Shown one piece after another: positions 1 to 8,387 of a stretch of 64,000 nucleotides of DNA. Origin of the DNA: a virus. Location of the stretch: IMG/VR virus record IMGVR_UViG_3300044445_000048, positions 1 to 64,000 of that record; one strand, written 5' to 3'. Each line of letters starts with the position of its first letter. Within the stretch, counting starts at the first letter, position 1. A program made the position numbers and the translations under genes. The notes below the pieces were generated by a model. The model did not search any database. It was not told where the DNA came from and saw only the letters and a program-made list of their open reading frames with translations.

Positions 1-35
1 GTGCGGACCTTCTCGGTGATATCTTCAAGGGTCAT
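1..35 (-). CDS. hypothetical protein, 5' fragment (continues past window edge)
   Basis: ATG at 35..33 lies inside the last codons of the upstream ORF (GATGACCCTTGA). It reads MTLEDITEKVR. Only 11 codons are visible. Confidence 0.3.
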   Translation of the reverse strand, partial: MTLEDITEKVR

Positions 36-231
36 CGTCTGTTGCCTCAATTATGTCGAACGGGAGAGCCCGGTCGCGCCAGTTATAGTTTCCTGCCCGC
101 ACCCTGGTGTCGGTCAGGTAATGCTCCTTCGTGTACGGGTCGATCTGCCTGAATTTCAGGTAGACCTTAGCTTCCGGGTTCCTCGGCTTGTCCGACTTCC
201 CTGGGTTGGGCTTCCACCGTCGTTCCTTCAC
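25..231 (-). CDS. hypothetical protein (68 aa from GTG 231; ATG 255 is an alternative start)
   Basis: This frame has clearly high GC3 from ~231 down to the stop at 25 (KVKERRWKPNPGKSDKPRNPEAKVYLKFRQIDPYTKEHYL...). It overlaps the 3' end of 167..601 in the +1 frame. Confidence 0.45.
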   Translation of the reverse strand: MKERRWKPNPGKSDKPRNPEAKVYLKFRQIDPYTKEHYLTDTRVRAGNYNWRDRALPFDIIEATDDDP

Positions 232-601
232 CTTCGCCAGCGATCGAGTCCTCATCGGGGTTGAACCAGCGCAGCCGCGCGAGAATGTGCTTCGCATCGA
301 CCGGGCACGAGACCACGCCGGGCTGGCCCTGCTCGGGCAGGCCCGGATTGAAGCCGACGAACAGCGCGTCGCCGCGCACCCACCCGCCGAGCCCTTCGTA
401 TGTCCAGCGGACCTCGCTTTCGTTGCGGCGGCCGTTGCACACCAGGCGCAGCACGATGCCGTCGTGCGCGTCGAGATCCTTACCGGCCAGCACGCTATCG
501 CCGATGATCTTCATCATGGCCGCGGGTTTATGGTCGACCAGGATCGAGACCGCATGCCTGTTCTTCGTGTTGACCTTCACGGCCGTTATTGTCTTGCTCA
601 A
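167..601 (-). CDS. hypothetical protein (144 aa, TTG start)
   Basis: TTG at 601 overlaps the TGA of the upstream gene (TTGA) and follows AAGGAGGAAGG. The 220-aa track ORF is trimmed because its N-terminus overlaps 598..864. The last ~25 codons are low-complexity with poor GC3. Confidence 0.5.
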   Translation of the reverse strand: MSKTITAVKVNTKNRHAVSILVDHKPAAMMKIIGDSVLAGKDLDAHDGIVLRLVCNGRRNESEVRWTYEGLGGWVRGDALFVGFNPGLPEQGQPGVVSCPVDAKHILARLRWFNPDEDSIAGEGEGTTVEAQPREVGQAEEPGS

Positions 602-864
602 AGCCCTTCCTCCTTCGCTGTACGATCCTTGTTCGTCTCGCTCGCCAGTACCGCGGGCATGACGTCGAACTTCGCGCCGCGCTTGATCAGCCGCGCGTGG
701 CTGGCGCAGATCCAGATCCGATTCCGCTGCCGCCATTCCTCTTTGTCGTGGAGCATGCGAGCGATCCGGTGCTTGTCGGCATCCGCCCACACGAACAGGA
801 TCTCCGCGCCGCAGCCGTCGACGCCGCACTGAACGCGATACGCCTTCTCGATCTTGCCCCTCAT
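598..864 (-). CDS. hypothetical small Cys/His-containing protein (88 aa)
   Basis: Full track ORF with protein-like composition (CGVDGC...ICASH). Its ATG overlaps the upstream stop (ATGA). Confidence 0.65.
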   Translation of the reverse strand: MRGKIEKAYRVQCGVDGCGAEILFVWADADKHRIARMLHDKEEWRQRNRIWICASHARLIKRGAKFDVMPAVLASETNKDRTAKEEGL

Positions 865-1028
865 CGCCGTGCCGCCTTCGCCCGCGCGATCGCCACGCGA
901 CCGACGAACCAGAACTGCCAGGACCGGCGGGTCATCACCATCCGGTCGAAGCGATCGCCCGCGCCGCCGGCCTGGTCGAACAGGCGCGTCGCGACCCGCG
1001 CGAGGATGCGCTGCTGAGTGTCCCTCAT
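861..1028 (-). CDS. hypothetical protein (55 aa)
   Basis: ATG at 1028 follows AAGGAAAGAGGA and overlaps the stop of the small upstream gene (ATGA). The track ORF N-terminus was trimmed. Confidence 0.55.
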   Translation of the reverse strand: MRDTQQRILARVATRLFDQAGGAGDRFDRMVMTRRSWQFWFVGRVAIARAKAARR

Positions 1029-1183
1029 TCCTCTTTCCTTACCCATGAGAGATCGAGGAAATTCCAAGCCCAATCCTTGACCTCGGCCTCGATCTCCTGC
1101 TCGGTCGCGGTGTCATCCATTTCGAGCACGTCCCGACGATCGCCGCCGGAAATGCCGACACCCAAGTGGACGACGATCTTCAC
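1025..1183 (-). CDS. hypothetical small acidic protein (52 aa, GTG start), absent from the ORF track
   Basis: GTG at 1183 overlaps the TGA of the DUF5131 gene (GTGA) and its own TGA overlaps the next ATG (ATGA). It has high GC3 and reads VKIVVHLGVGISGGDRRDVLEMDDTATEQEIEAEVKDWAWNFLDLSWVRKEE. Confidence 0.6.
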   Translation of the reverse strand: MKIVVHLGVGISGGDRRDVLEMDDTATEQEIEAEVKDWAWNFLDLSWVRKEE

Positions 1184-2139
1184 GACGGAAATCCATCGTG
1201 AGTGCGGCCGTCGAGCAGCCGGCCGGCGGCGTGCTTCCCGATCTTGCGCATCAACTGACCGCGACGGATGAAGTCGGTTTTCTCCATTACCAGCACGTCA
1301 CCTTCGCGCGCTCCGTCCGAGACCGGCCCCCACTCCCCCCATTGCTTGAACAGGAATGGTTTGCCGGCGGCGGCACACTGATCGCGCAGGCTCCGGATCG
1401 CGTAGATATTCGGCGTGCGCGCCTCCTCACCGCTCTCGCCGCCGACGATATTCCAATCGAGCGCCGCCGTGTAACCGGCCGGTTCGCCGAGCATGCCGAA
1501 AAGCTCGCCGGTGAGAGCGTTGAGGCGCTCCGCACCGCCGAACCACATCGTGCTGATCCTCGTCAGGTCGACGTGGCCGATCAGCGGCTCCATCGAAAGG
1601 AACCGGATCTTCGCCGGCGTCGCGAGCAGCTTGGGGATATCGCGATTGGCTTCCTCTTGGTTCACGATCGTCGCGCCGAGCCACACGTTATCCGGCGGCT
1701 CGCGCTGCCCGGTCGCATAACCGATCATCTGTCCAGCGTTCCCGATCCGCTTCGTCACGAGCAGCCAATCGAGATCCGGCGTCGCGCGGATGAGCTCGAA
1801 CAGATCCTGCCGCCATTTCGGCAGCACCGTATCGTGGTTGTCGAACACGTCGGCTAGGCTGGCGCAGAACACGCGCTGCCGGCGGCCGTGCTCGGCGAGA
1901 AACGCCGCCGCGTTGGCCTGCCAGTGGAGCGGCTTGCGCCAATTCTGCACCGACGTGCGGCGGCGCGGCGCGCGCGGCCCCCAATTCGGCGCGGTGCCGC
2001 GCAGCGGGCTATCCTTGGGCACGTACCGAGCGTTTCGCGTCTCGGCATAGCAATGGTCGCATCCCGGCCCGACCTTCTGGCAACCCTCCCAAGGGTTGAA
2101 GGTGTGATCGGCCCATTCGATCGCGGTGTTCTCGGCCAT
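1180..2139 (-). CDS. DUF5131 / phage Gp37-Gp68 family protein
   Basis: The N-terminus MAENTAIEWADHTFNPWEGCQKVGPGCDHCYAE and the ~320-aa length match my recollection of this family. Start moved to ATG 2139 (TAATG overlap with the upstream stop). Confidence 0.85.
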   Translation of the reverse strand: MAENTAIEWADHTFNPWEGCQKVGPGCDHCYAETRNARYVPKDSPLRGTAPNWGPRAPRRRTSVQNWRKPLHWQANAAAFLAEHGRRQRVFCASLADVFDNHDTVLPKWRQDLFELIRATPDLDWLLVTKRIGNAGQMIGYATGQREPPDNVWLGATIVNQEEANRDIPKLLATPAKIRFLSMEPLIGHVDLTRISTMWFGGAERLNALTGELFGMLGEPAGYTAALDWNIVGGESGEEARTPNIYAIRSLRDQCAAAGKPFLFKQWGEWGPVSDGAREGDVLVMEKTDFIRRGQLMRKIGKHAAGRLLDGRTHDGFPS

Positions 2140-2309
2140 TAGTTTTCGTCTCCATATTTCACGCCCCGGTCGGCGCGATCGGCATCGTATTCGGCGGCAG
2201 CGTGCCCCTCGGCATGCACCCATTCGTTCGCGTGGCGGATGCAGAGCTCATCGCCGTCTAGGTGGGTGATGCTCGGCTCGAGGCAGTAGGCGCAGATCTT
2301 GGCGCTCAC
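2139..2309 (-). CDS. hypothetical small Cys/His protein (56 aa, GTG start)
   Basis: GTGA overlap with the upstream stop. Reads VSAKICAYCLEPSITHLDGDELCIRHANEW..., which looks like a zinc ribbon. The upstream part of the track ORF is Arg-rich junk. Confidence 0.55.
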   Translation of the reverse strand: MSAKICAYCLEPSITHLDGDELCIRHANEWVHAEGHAAAEYDADRADRGVKYGDEN

Positions 2310-2587
2310 AGGTCGCCCTCCCCGATCGCTTCGTCGGTGACGTACCAGGACAGATAGAGCGGCCAGAAAATTCCAGCGATCAGCCCGGCCAGCCCGGCGT
2401 CGGGACCAAGGGGTGCTTCGCACCTCCGCTCGACTGCGAGGCCGCGCTCGAGCGCATTGAGCTCTACCGACTGACACACCGAATACTGAGCCCATGCCGC
2501 CCGCCGGTTGGTCGAGGCGGCCAGGCCGAACACGAGCAACCCGATGACGGCGTACAGACCGACCGCGGCTCGGACACCGCGCTTCAC
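2306..2587 (-). CDS. hypothetical membrane protein (93 aa, GTG start)
   Basis: GTGA overlap with the upstream stop. Two hydrophobic segments are present (AVGLYAVIGLLVFGLAA; LAGLIAGIFWPLYLSWY). Confidence 0.55.
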   Translation of the reverse strand: MKRGVRAAVGLYAVIGLLVFGLAASTNRRAAWAQYSVCQSVELNALERGLAVERRCEAPLGPDAGLAGLIAGIFWPLYLSWYVTDEAIGEGDL

Positions 2588-2781
2588 GCCATGCCCCTTT
2601 CCGAACGCTGCTCGATCGCCCGCAACTGGTTGCCGAGCTTCTGTAGCTTCTTGCGGCGCTCCGGCCCGGCGGCCTCCTCCGCTTTCACGCGGATCTGCTC
2701 GGCGAGGATCTCCTCCCGCACCAGCGTGCGCCGTTCCGGCATCACCGGCTTCTGCCGACTGCCCTTCACCATGTTGATCAT
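2584..2781 (-). CDS. hypothetical protein (65 aa)
   Basis: ATG 2781 follows AAGGGAG. The product is charged and helical (MINMVKGSRQKPVMPERRTLVREEILAEQIRVKAEE...). Confidence 0.6.
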   Translation of the reverse strand: MINMVKGSRQKPVMPERRTLVREEILAEQIRVKAEEAAGPERRKKLQKLGNQLRAIEQRSERGMA

Positions 2782-2994
2782 AGCAGGCTCCCTTGCGCGG
2801 CATCGTGGCCGCCGTTGTGATACTCGAGCGCGACCCGGCGCGCGGTGAGGTACGCATCCGGCTCCTGCCGGTAGCGAGACTAAGTGAAATTGACGTCGCG
2901 GCGAGGAGCCTGAGCAGGCGTCGCTTCCCAATGGCCGATGCACATCAAATGCCCGGCCTTCACCGGGGATGAGCAGTCGGTGACGGGGCAGGGC

Positions 2995-3300
2995 CTAGCC
3001 GACATGGTTCGGCACCTCCGTCGCGCGGATCGCATCGTACCCGCGGCGGCTAAGCTCGCTGATCAGCATCGACGTCGACACGCTGCTCAAGGCGTTCCTG
3101 GGCGGGTTCACGACAAGGCTGCGCGCCCGCAGGTTCTTGGACTTCACCACCATGCCCTGCTCGGCGAGCACGTCGATCATGCGGGCGACGCCCGACTTAC
3201 TGCTCAACCCGAGGTGCTCGGCCATTTCCACGTATGACGGCGTCGGCTCGTCTCGCTTCGACCATAGGTAGTCATGAAGCTGTTTCTGTTTCGGTGTCAT
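2995..3300 (-). CDS. LexA N-terminal-like winged-helix DNA-binding protein without the S24 peptidase domain
   Basis: MTPKQKQLHDYLWSKRDEPTPSYVEMAEHLGLSSKSGVARMIDVLAEQGMVVK follows the LexA DNA-binding domain pattern. It is only 101 aa long. Its ATG overlaps the ATPase stop (ATGA). Confidence 0.65.
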   Translation of the reverse strand: MTPKQKQLHDYLWSKRDEPTPSYVEMAEHLGLSSKSGVARMIDVLAEQGMVVKSKNLRARSLVVNPPRNALSSVSTSMLISELSRRGYDAIRATEVPNHVG

Positions 3301-4748
3301 GCGATGACGGCCCTCCATGCGTCGCCCTGCTGGGCGATGATCCCGGTCTCGGCGATTCGGCGAAGGCCGATCCCCATGTTGCTCGAGGTGAGCGTCACCC
3401 CGGCGGCGGCGGCGATGCGGTCGGCGGCGATCGGAGATCCTCCGCCTGATCCGATCGCGAAAACGATGCGGCGCAGGGCCGGCGGCGCGTTCTCGAGCGC
3501 GGCCACCACCGGCGGCGTGTTCGACCAATTCAGCGCGGCGATCGCGGCGTCGACCGGCGTCTCGGGCACCTTGGGCAGCGCGGCGTTCCGCATCTGCCGA
3601 ACGCCGCCGCGGATTCGCTCGTGCATCACCATGCCGGCGTTCGTCGGCCGGACCACGCCGTCGCCGTCGAGCACCATGAGATAGTCCGCGCGCGCCGCGC
3701 CCGGCGGCAGCGCCTCGATCGCCGGCGAACCGATCGTCATGCCGATGAGATCCTGCACCATCACCAGCGCCTCGGCCGTCGCGTTGCGCTGCGATTCCGC
3801 CGTCTGGACGCGGCGGCGGAGGGTGGCATTCTGCTCGGTAAGCTGCGCGATCTGCCGGTGCGCCTCCGCGAGCTCGTCGCTCTCCTCCGGAGATCCGGTA
3901 AGCGCCTCCCGCAGCGCGGCCACGTCCAGCGGCCGCAGCTTCACGTCTCCGACCACCTCGCCATGCCGCGGCGTCCGGCCGCTGTCATAGCTCTCGTACA
4001 TCGGGAACTGCACCTGCTCGAGGAACTCGGCCTCGGGGCACCAGACATAGCCCTGCCCGACCTTGAGTTTGGGCAGGCTCCGCTCGATCGCCGCGGCCTT
4101 CTCGGAATCATGGCTGTCCATCCAATCGCGGATGGCCTTGCGATCCTGGGGCGCGGTCATCTTCATCGCGATGAGCGTCGCGGCCTGGCTGAGCAGGTTC
4201 TTATTCAGCACCGCCGGCCGCTGGGTCAGCATCCACATGAGGATGCCGCGCTGGCGGCCCTGCCGGATGAGGGCTTCCATGTGGTGCAGGAGCCGCGCGA
4301 CCTCCGCTGGCACCCGCTGGGGCGCAAGCTGATCGGCCTCGTCGACGAACAGCGTAATCGGCTGGCGGTTGTGGAAGAACAGCGCCTCGGCGAACGCGGC
4401 CATGAACCGCAGCATGCCGGCGCGGGAGAAGCCTGAGAGATCGATGACGCTGCTGCGCGCGCCCTTCGCGATGATCTCGCCGAGCACCTTTCCCATGTCG
4501 TCGGTAATCTCGATATCGGCGTGCTCGCCGCCGAACACCACGACGTCGAAGCGCGACGGCGTGCCGTCCTTATTCGCCCGGATGCCGTACCAATCGCCCT
4601 TGGGGTCGATGCAGCAAATGCGGTGGCCGGCGTCGAGCTCGTGCTCCGCCATACCGCGGCCGGTGCCCGACTTGCCCGCGCCTCGAGTGCCGAGAATGGC
4701 ACCGCAGTCGCCGAGCACTTCGCCGGGTATGGGTAGCTGGATAGTCAT
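3297..4748 (-). CDS. P-loop NTPase, HerA/FtsK-like, with a wHTH-like C-terminal tail
   Basis: Walker A is GTRGAGKSGTG and Walker B is LFVDEADQLAP. ATG 4748 follows AAGGGGAA. Confidence 0.8.
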   Translation of the reverse strand: MTIQLPIPGEVLGDCGAILGTRGAGKSGTGRGMAEHELDAGHRICCIDPKGDWYGIRANKDGTPSRFDVVVFGGEHADIEITDDMGKVLGEIIAKGARSSVIDLSGFSRAGMLRFMAAFAEALFFHNRQPITLFVDEADQLAPQRVPAEVARLLHHMEALIRQGRQRGILMWMLTQRPAVLNKNLLSQAATLIAMKMTAPQDRKAIRDWMDSHDSEKAAAIERSLPKLKVGQGYVWCPEAEFLEQVQFPMYESYDSGRTPRHGEVVGDVKLRPLDVAALREALTGSPEESDELAEAHRQIAQLTEQNATLRRRVQTAESQRNATAEALVMVQDLIGMTIGSPAIEALPPGAARADYLMVLDGDGVVRPTNAGMVMHERIRGGVRQMRNAALPKVPETPVDAAIAALNWSNTPPVVAALENAPPALRRIVFAIGSGGGSPIAADRIAAAAGVTLTSSNMGIGLRRIAETGIIAQQGDAWRAVIA

Positions 4749-4797
4749 GGGTTCCCCTTGAAGGTGGCCGCCGGACACCGCCCGGCGGCCGATCAGA

Positions 4798-5802
4798 TCA
4801 GCGGCTCGTTTCGACGATGACGCTTACCGTCTGCTCGCCGACCGTCTGCCGGATCTCGATGATGCCGGGCGTGCCGTCGTGTTCCGCCCCATCGATCGCG
4901 GTCTCGAGGATCTGGTGCAGCTTGTCGCGCTCGAGGAAGAAGGGCTTCGCATCGGCGGCCGCGGCACTGGCGGCGGCGAAGCTGGCCCCGTCCTGCACCT
5001 TCGCCGGGCCAGAGGCCGGATCGATCGTCTCCACCCTGTCGTCGTCGACGATCTTGCCGGTGGTGAACTTGGTCGAATAGGTGCCCGGCTTCACATCGGC
5101 GAGGCTGACGCCTTCGCTGTATCCGTCGAACGCGCGATCGGGCCGGTGGCCGGTAACGCGCATCACATGCTCATCCCAACCGGCCGAAAGGATCGCCGCC
5201 TCATGCACCGCGTCGAGCTTGACGAAATCGTGACCCTTGGCGACGCGGAAGCCGGCGTCGAACGCTGCGCGAGCGACGAAGTCGTTGTTGAGCCGGGTGT
5301 AGAGCGTGCCGGTGGTTTCCTGCTCGGCATCCTGATCCTGATCGGCAGGCTCGTGATACCACGCGATCGCGCTCTCGACGTGCCATTGCTCAACCTGCCG
5401 ACCATCGCCGGCCTTGTAGCGCACGAGGAACTGATCCTCGGCGAGCGCATAGGCCGCCTGGCCGATCACCGTGCCCTGCTCGATCGGCATGAACGCGGCC
5501 AGCCGGGCGACTGGTCGATCCGATGATGAGCCAGCCCGGCCGGCGACGGCATCGTTGAACCGTGTGCGCTCGCGCTCTCTCTCCACGTCGCGGCGCTGCT
5601 CGAGCAATGCCGGTACGCTGGTGCTGAGCACGACAATCGCACCCAGATGATACTTGAACATGGTGGTCTCCTCGCCGGGTAGAGGTTTGTCACCCTCGAC
5701 GCACCCGGCGGGCGTCGGGGAAATCCAGATATTGAGCAGCGCGTCGGTGAGGAGCCGGTCGAGCTCCGCGCCGTACCAGCGCGCCCATTCGTCGAGCTTC
5801 AC
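4798..5802 (-). CDS. hypothetical protein (334 aa, GTG start)
   Basis: GTGA overlap with the stop of the annealing-protein gene. It sits where lambda exo sits relative to bet, but I could not identify a nuclease motif. Confidence 0.65.
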   Translation of the reverse strand: MKLDEWARWYGAELDRLLTDALLNIWISPTPAGCVEGDKPLPGEETTMFKYHLGAIVVLSTSVPALLEQRRDVERERERTRFNDAVAGRAGSSSDRPVARLAAFMPIEQGTVIGQAAYALAEDQFLVRYKAGDGRQVEQWHVESAIAWYHEPADQDQDAEQETTGTLYTRLNNDFVARAAFDAGFRVAKGHDFVKLDAVHEAAILSAGWDEHVMRVTGHRPDRAFDGYSEGVSLADVKPGTYSTKFTTGKIVDDDRVETIDPASGPAKVQDGASFAAASAAAADAKPFFLERDKLHQILETAIDGAEHDGTPGIIEIRQTVGEQTVSVIVETSR

Positions 5803-6812
5803 TTGCTCAGGTCCGAGAACCGTGTCGCGTAGAGCTCGCGCGTATCGTTCGGCGCGCCGGGCAGATCTTGCGGCTTCATCGGCGCGATCGCGGCGTTGAG
5901 TTTGTCGATCGAGGTGGCGACCTTCATCTTGGTGTGGGCGGTGGTGCGCCAGCCGTGCCACTCCTCATCGCTCCAAGAGATCCACTCCGGATCGTCGCCG
6001 CCGGCATCCTGGTCGATCACCTGCTCGGCAGCGGCCGGCGTGCCCTGTTCCATCGCGGCGGTGTCGACCGCGTCGCTGCCGGTCCCGAATCCATCCGAGC
6101 CGGCGGCGCGCGCCTGGTTGAGGCGATCGCCGGAAACAGATCCGCCGCCGGTGCCGCCGCCGCGCCGCGGGGTGCTGCCGGCCTCGATCCGCTTGTCGGG
6201 CTCTACCGTCGCGCCGAGCTCGTCGGGCGTGTAGACGCCCATGAGGATCTCCGGCGTGTAGAGCCGCGCCCATGCGCGTTGCGTGTAGTAGGCAAGCTGC
6301 TGGTGTGGATCTTGTTCCCAGAGAGGAGACCCGTTCGACTTGCGAGCCTTCGCGATCGACACGATCCGGACACGATCCTCGCTCTCGCCGCGGATGCGGC
6401 CCGACACGCGGCACTTGAGTGCATCGCCCTCGCCGTCCCATTCGATCTTGAGGCGACCGTCGAGGAGAGGGCTTCCGTTCACGACGGCGGCGATCAACTG
6501 GCTCTCGTATGCGACGCGATCGTTGACGAAATACGCCTTCGACGCGACGGCGAAGGGGTCGAGACCCCAGCGGAGCGCCTGGTTGAGAATGACCAGCACG
6601 TTCGCCGGCTGGCCGCGAAATTGCGGCGGGACACCGATGCCTTGCGACATGATCTCCGCCAGCGCCATCATTTCGCCCATGCTGTTCGGGACGAAGGCGG
6701 TCGCGATCGGCCCTGCGTTCTGCTCGACGCGGGCGATCGCGCGAACGTCGTAAGGCTTCACCGCGCGGGGCGGCGGCGGGGCATCTTGGGTGATCTCTAC
6801 GTCGTCGCTCAT
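5799..6812 (-). CDS. RecT/Redbeta-family single-strand annealing protein
   Basis: LVILNQALRWGLDPF and SPLWEQDPHQQLAYYTQRAWARLYTPEILMGVYTPDEL parallel lambda Bet (LLIVANQYGLNPW; GPWQSHPKRMLRHKAMIQCARLAFGFAGIYDKDE). Confidence 0.75.
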   Translation of the reverse strand: MSDDVEITQDAPPPPRAVKPYDVRAIARVEQNAGPIATAFVPNSMGEMMALAEIMSQGIGVPPQFRGQPANVLVILNQALRWGLDPFAVASKAYFVNDRVAYESQLIAAVVNGSPLLDGRLKIEWDGEGDALKCRVSGRIRGESEDRVRIVSIAKARKSNGSPLWEQDPHQQLAYYTQRAWARLYTPEILMGVYTPDELGATVEPDKRIEAGSTPRRGGGTGGGSVSGDRLNQARAAGSDGFGTGSDAVDTAAMEQGTPAAAEQVIDQDAGGDDPEWISWSDEEWHGWRTTAHTKMKVATSIDKLNAAIAPMKPQDLPGAPNDTRELYATRFSDLSK

Positions 6813-6813
6813 G

Positions 6814-7578
6814 TCAGCCTCTCGTCTGGGATTTCACGGTGCTGCCGACCTTCACGCCCGGCACGTTCGGATTGAGGCGGTGATAGGCGCGGATTGCGGA
6901 AAGCAGCGCCTTCGTCACCGCGGGAGCCTTGAGCACCTCGTCGGGCAGCGCGCGCACGTCGAGGATCTCGAACGCCGCCGCTGCGCGGTCGGTGGTGAGG
7001 GAGCCGTAATCGCCGCGCACCTTGGGCAGCACGATCGGCTCCTCGAAATCGGGCATCGCCGGCGCGGCCTGCTCGACCACGGCCGCGTCGGGCACGAGAT
7101 CCGTGGGGCCGGCGGCCGCTTCGACACCGGCGGTCGACTCGATCTGGGCGCGGCGCGGGGCACCGATGCGCAGCGGATTGTTCGCCGCGCGCGCCGCCGC
7201 TTCCTCCAACGCCTGCTCGCGCTTGCGATCGGCAATGCGCTGACGCTCATCCTTTCGATACTGCTCGATCAGGCCCGCGATCTTCTCGTCGGCGGTGGCG
7301 AGGGCGTCCAGCCAACGCTCCTCCGCCGACACGATCGCGGCGCGCGCACGATCGATCGGTGCTCGCACGTCCAGCACGACGCTCTCAGCGCGGGCGACCA
7401 GCGCCTTGATCAGGGCGCGGAGATCGGCCGCGCGGCCGGTGCTATCCTCGTCGCTGACGAACGCCTTCTCCGCTCCCTCGAGCAGCGCCTTCTTGCGATC
7501 CTCGAATTGCGAGAGGGCTTCCTCGGTGTCGGCCTTCGCGATCTCCGCGAGCGTCCGGTTGTCGCCTTCCCATGCCAT
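6814..7578 (-). CDS. hypothetical coiled-coil protein (254 aa)
   Basis: Start at ATG 7578 (TAATG overlap). The composition is charged and helical. Confidence 0.65.
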   Translation of the reverse strand: MAWEGDNRTLAEIAKADTEEALSQFEDRKKALLEGAEKAFVSDEDSTGRAADLRALIKALVARAESVVLDVRAPIDRARAAIVSAEERWLDALATADEKIAGLIEQYRKDERQRIADRKREQALEEAAARAANNPLRIGAPRRAQIESTAGVEAAAGPTDLVPDAAVVEQAAPAMPDFEEPIVLPKVRGDYGSLTTDRAAAAFEILDVRALPDEVLKAPAVTKALLSAIRAYHRLNPNVPGVKVGSTVKSQTRG

Positions 7579-7880
7579 TAGCGCAGATCCTCCCAGGAAG
7601 TGAGGCCGCAGGGCGTGATGACGCACGCGCGCTTCTTATCCTTCGTGAGGGCGACCACCGGGCAGGTGAACCGCACCTCCCGCGGGATCGCGTCGACCGC
7701 GCCGCTGTGGGCGAGCTTGCGGATCTCGACGGTGTCCATGCCACCGCGGCGGCGGAACAGGGCGATCTGCCCGGCCAACTGCCCGGTGCGAACCGCGTTG
7801 AGCTGCTCGACCGTGAGGCGGCCAGATCCGGATTGTGTCCCGCGCCAGTAATCCGGGCGCGATGGTGCGATCGTGTTCAT
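7578..7880 (-). CDS. hypothetical protein (100 aa)
   Basis: Start at ATG 7880 (TAATG overlap). The upstream part of the track ORF is Arg/Pro junk. Confidence 0.6.
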   Translation of the reverse strand: MNTIAPSRPDYWRGTQSGSGRLTVEQLNAVRTGQLAGQIALFRRRGGMDTVEIRKLAHSGAVDAIPREVRFTCPVVALTKDKKRACVITPCGLTSWEDLR

Positions 7881-8275
7881 TAGAAAGGGAGCTCCGCGGT
7901 TAGAAAGTCGATGCGCCCGCGGGGGTGGCCGAACGGATCGTTCGGGTTGTGGGCGCGAGCATGGTGGATGCGATCCATCCGATAGTCGTATTCGGCCTGA
8001 TCGATCGGCGAGGCCAACGCGCGCGGCCACACCTCGAGCACGGTCGCCGGCGCGTCCTGCACCCGCTCATCGCCGAGCAGCTTGTCGGCGATGCTGATCT
8101 GCCAGCGCGGCGAGCGGTCCATCACCGGCTCATCGTTCTCGAGATCCACCGGGGGGCCGAACCATACCGCGACGGGCAGGCTCACCGATCCCCGGCGCAG
8201 GTGCAGATACAGGCCGGCAACGAACGCATCGCCGGCGTCGCCGCCGCTCACGACGGGCTCGTTTTCGGTGCTCAT
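7880..8275 (-). CDS. hypothetical protein (131 aa), first gene of the leftward early operon
   Basis: ATG 8275 (MSTENEPVV...) lies next to the divergent control region. Confidence 0.6.
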   Translation of the reverse strand: MSTENEPVVSGGDAGDAFVAGLYLHLRRGSVSLPVAVWFGPPVDLENDEPVMDRSPRWQISIADKLLGDERVQDAPATVLEVWPRALASPIDQAEYDYRMDRIHHARAHNPNDPFGHPRGRIDFLTAELPF

Positions 8276-8387
8276 TCGAGAGGCCCTCGTTTCGCGTTGT
8301 TCGCAATCAGTACGCACGGCGTTCGCATAGGGCAACATAAAAAATCATTCGCTCGTGTTATTGCTTTCCCACAATGCTGTGAGTTAG
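8276..8387. promoter_or_regulatory. divergent early control region (candidate promoters and operators)
   Basis: This 112-nt gap separates divergent operons and is the most AT-rich patch nearby (CAACATAAAAAATCATTC). It contains repeated TTCGCA/TTCGCG/TTCGCT units and an ATTG..CAAT inverted repeat. Confidence 0.4.

Noticed and set aside
167-829. The 220-aa version of the ORF at 167..829, and the opposite-strand ORFs 188..832 and 261..662.
   Set aside because: The N-terminal 76 residues are Arg-rich and overlap the well-formed 598..864 gene. A TTG start with a strong Shine-Dalgarno sequence at 601 fits the coupling pattern. The plus-strand ORFs are shadow ORFs.
2945-2994. A rho-independent terminator downstream of the LexA-like gene on the minus strand (CCCGG-TGAAGG-CCGGG followed by CATTTGATG).
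   Set aside because: The stem is only 5 bp and the U-tract is poor. It is too weak to annotate without transcript data.
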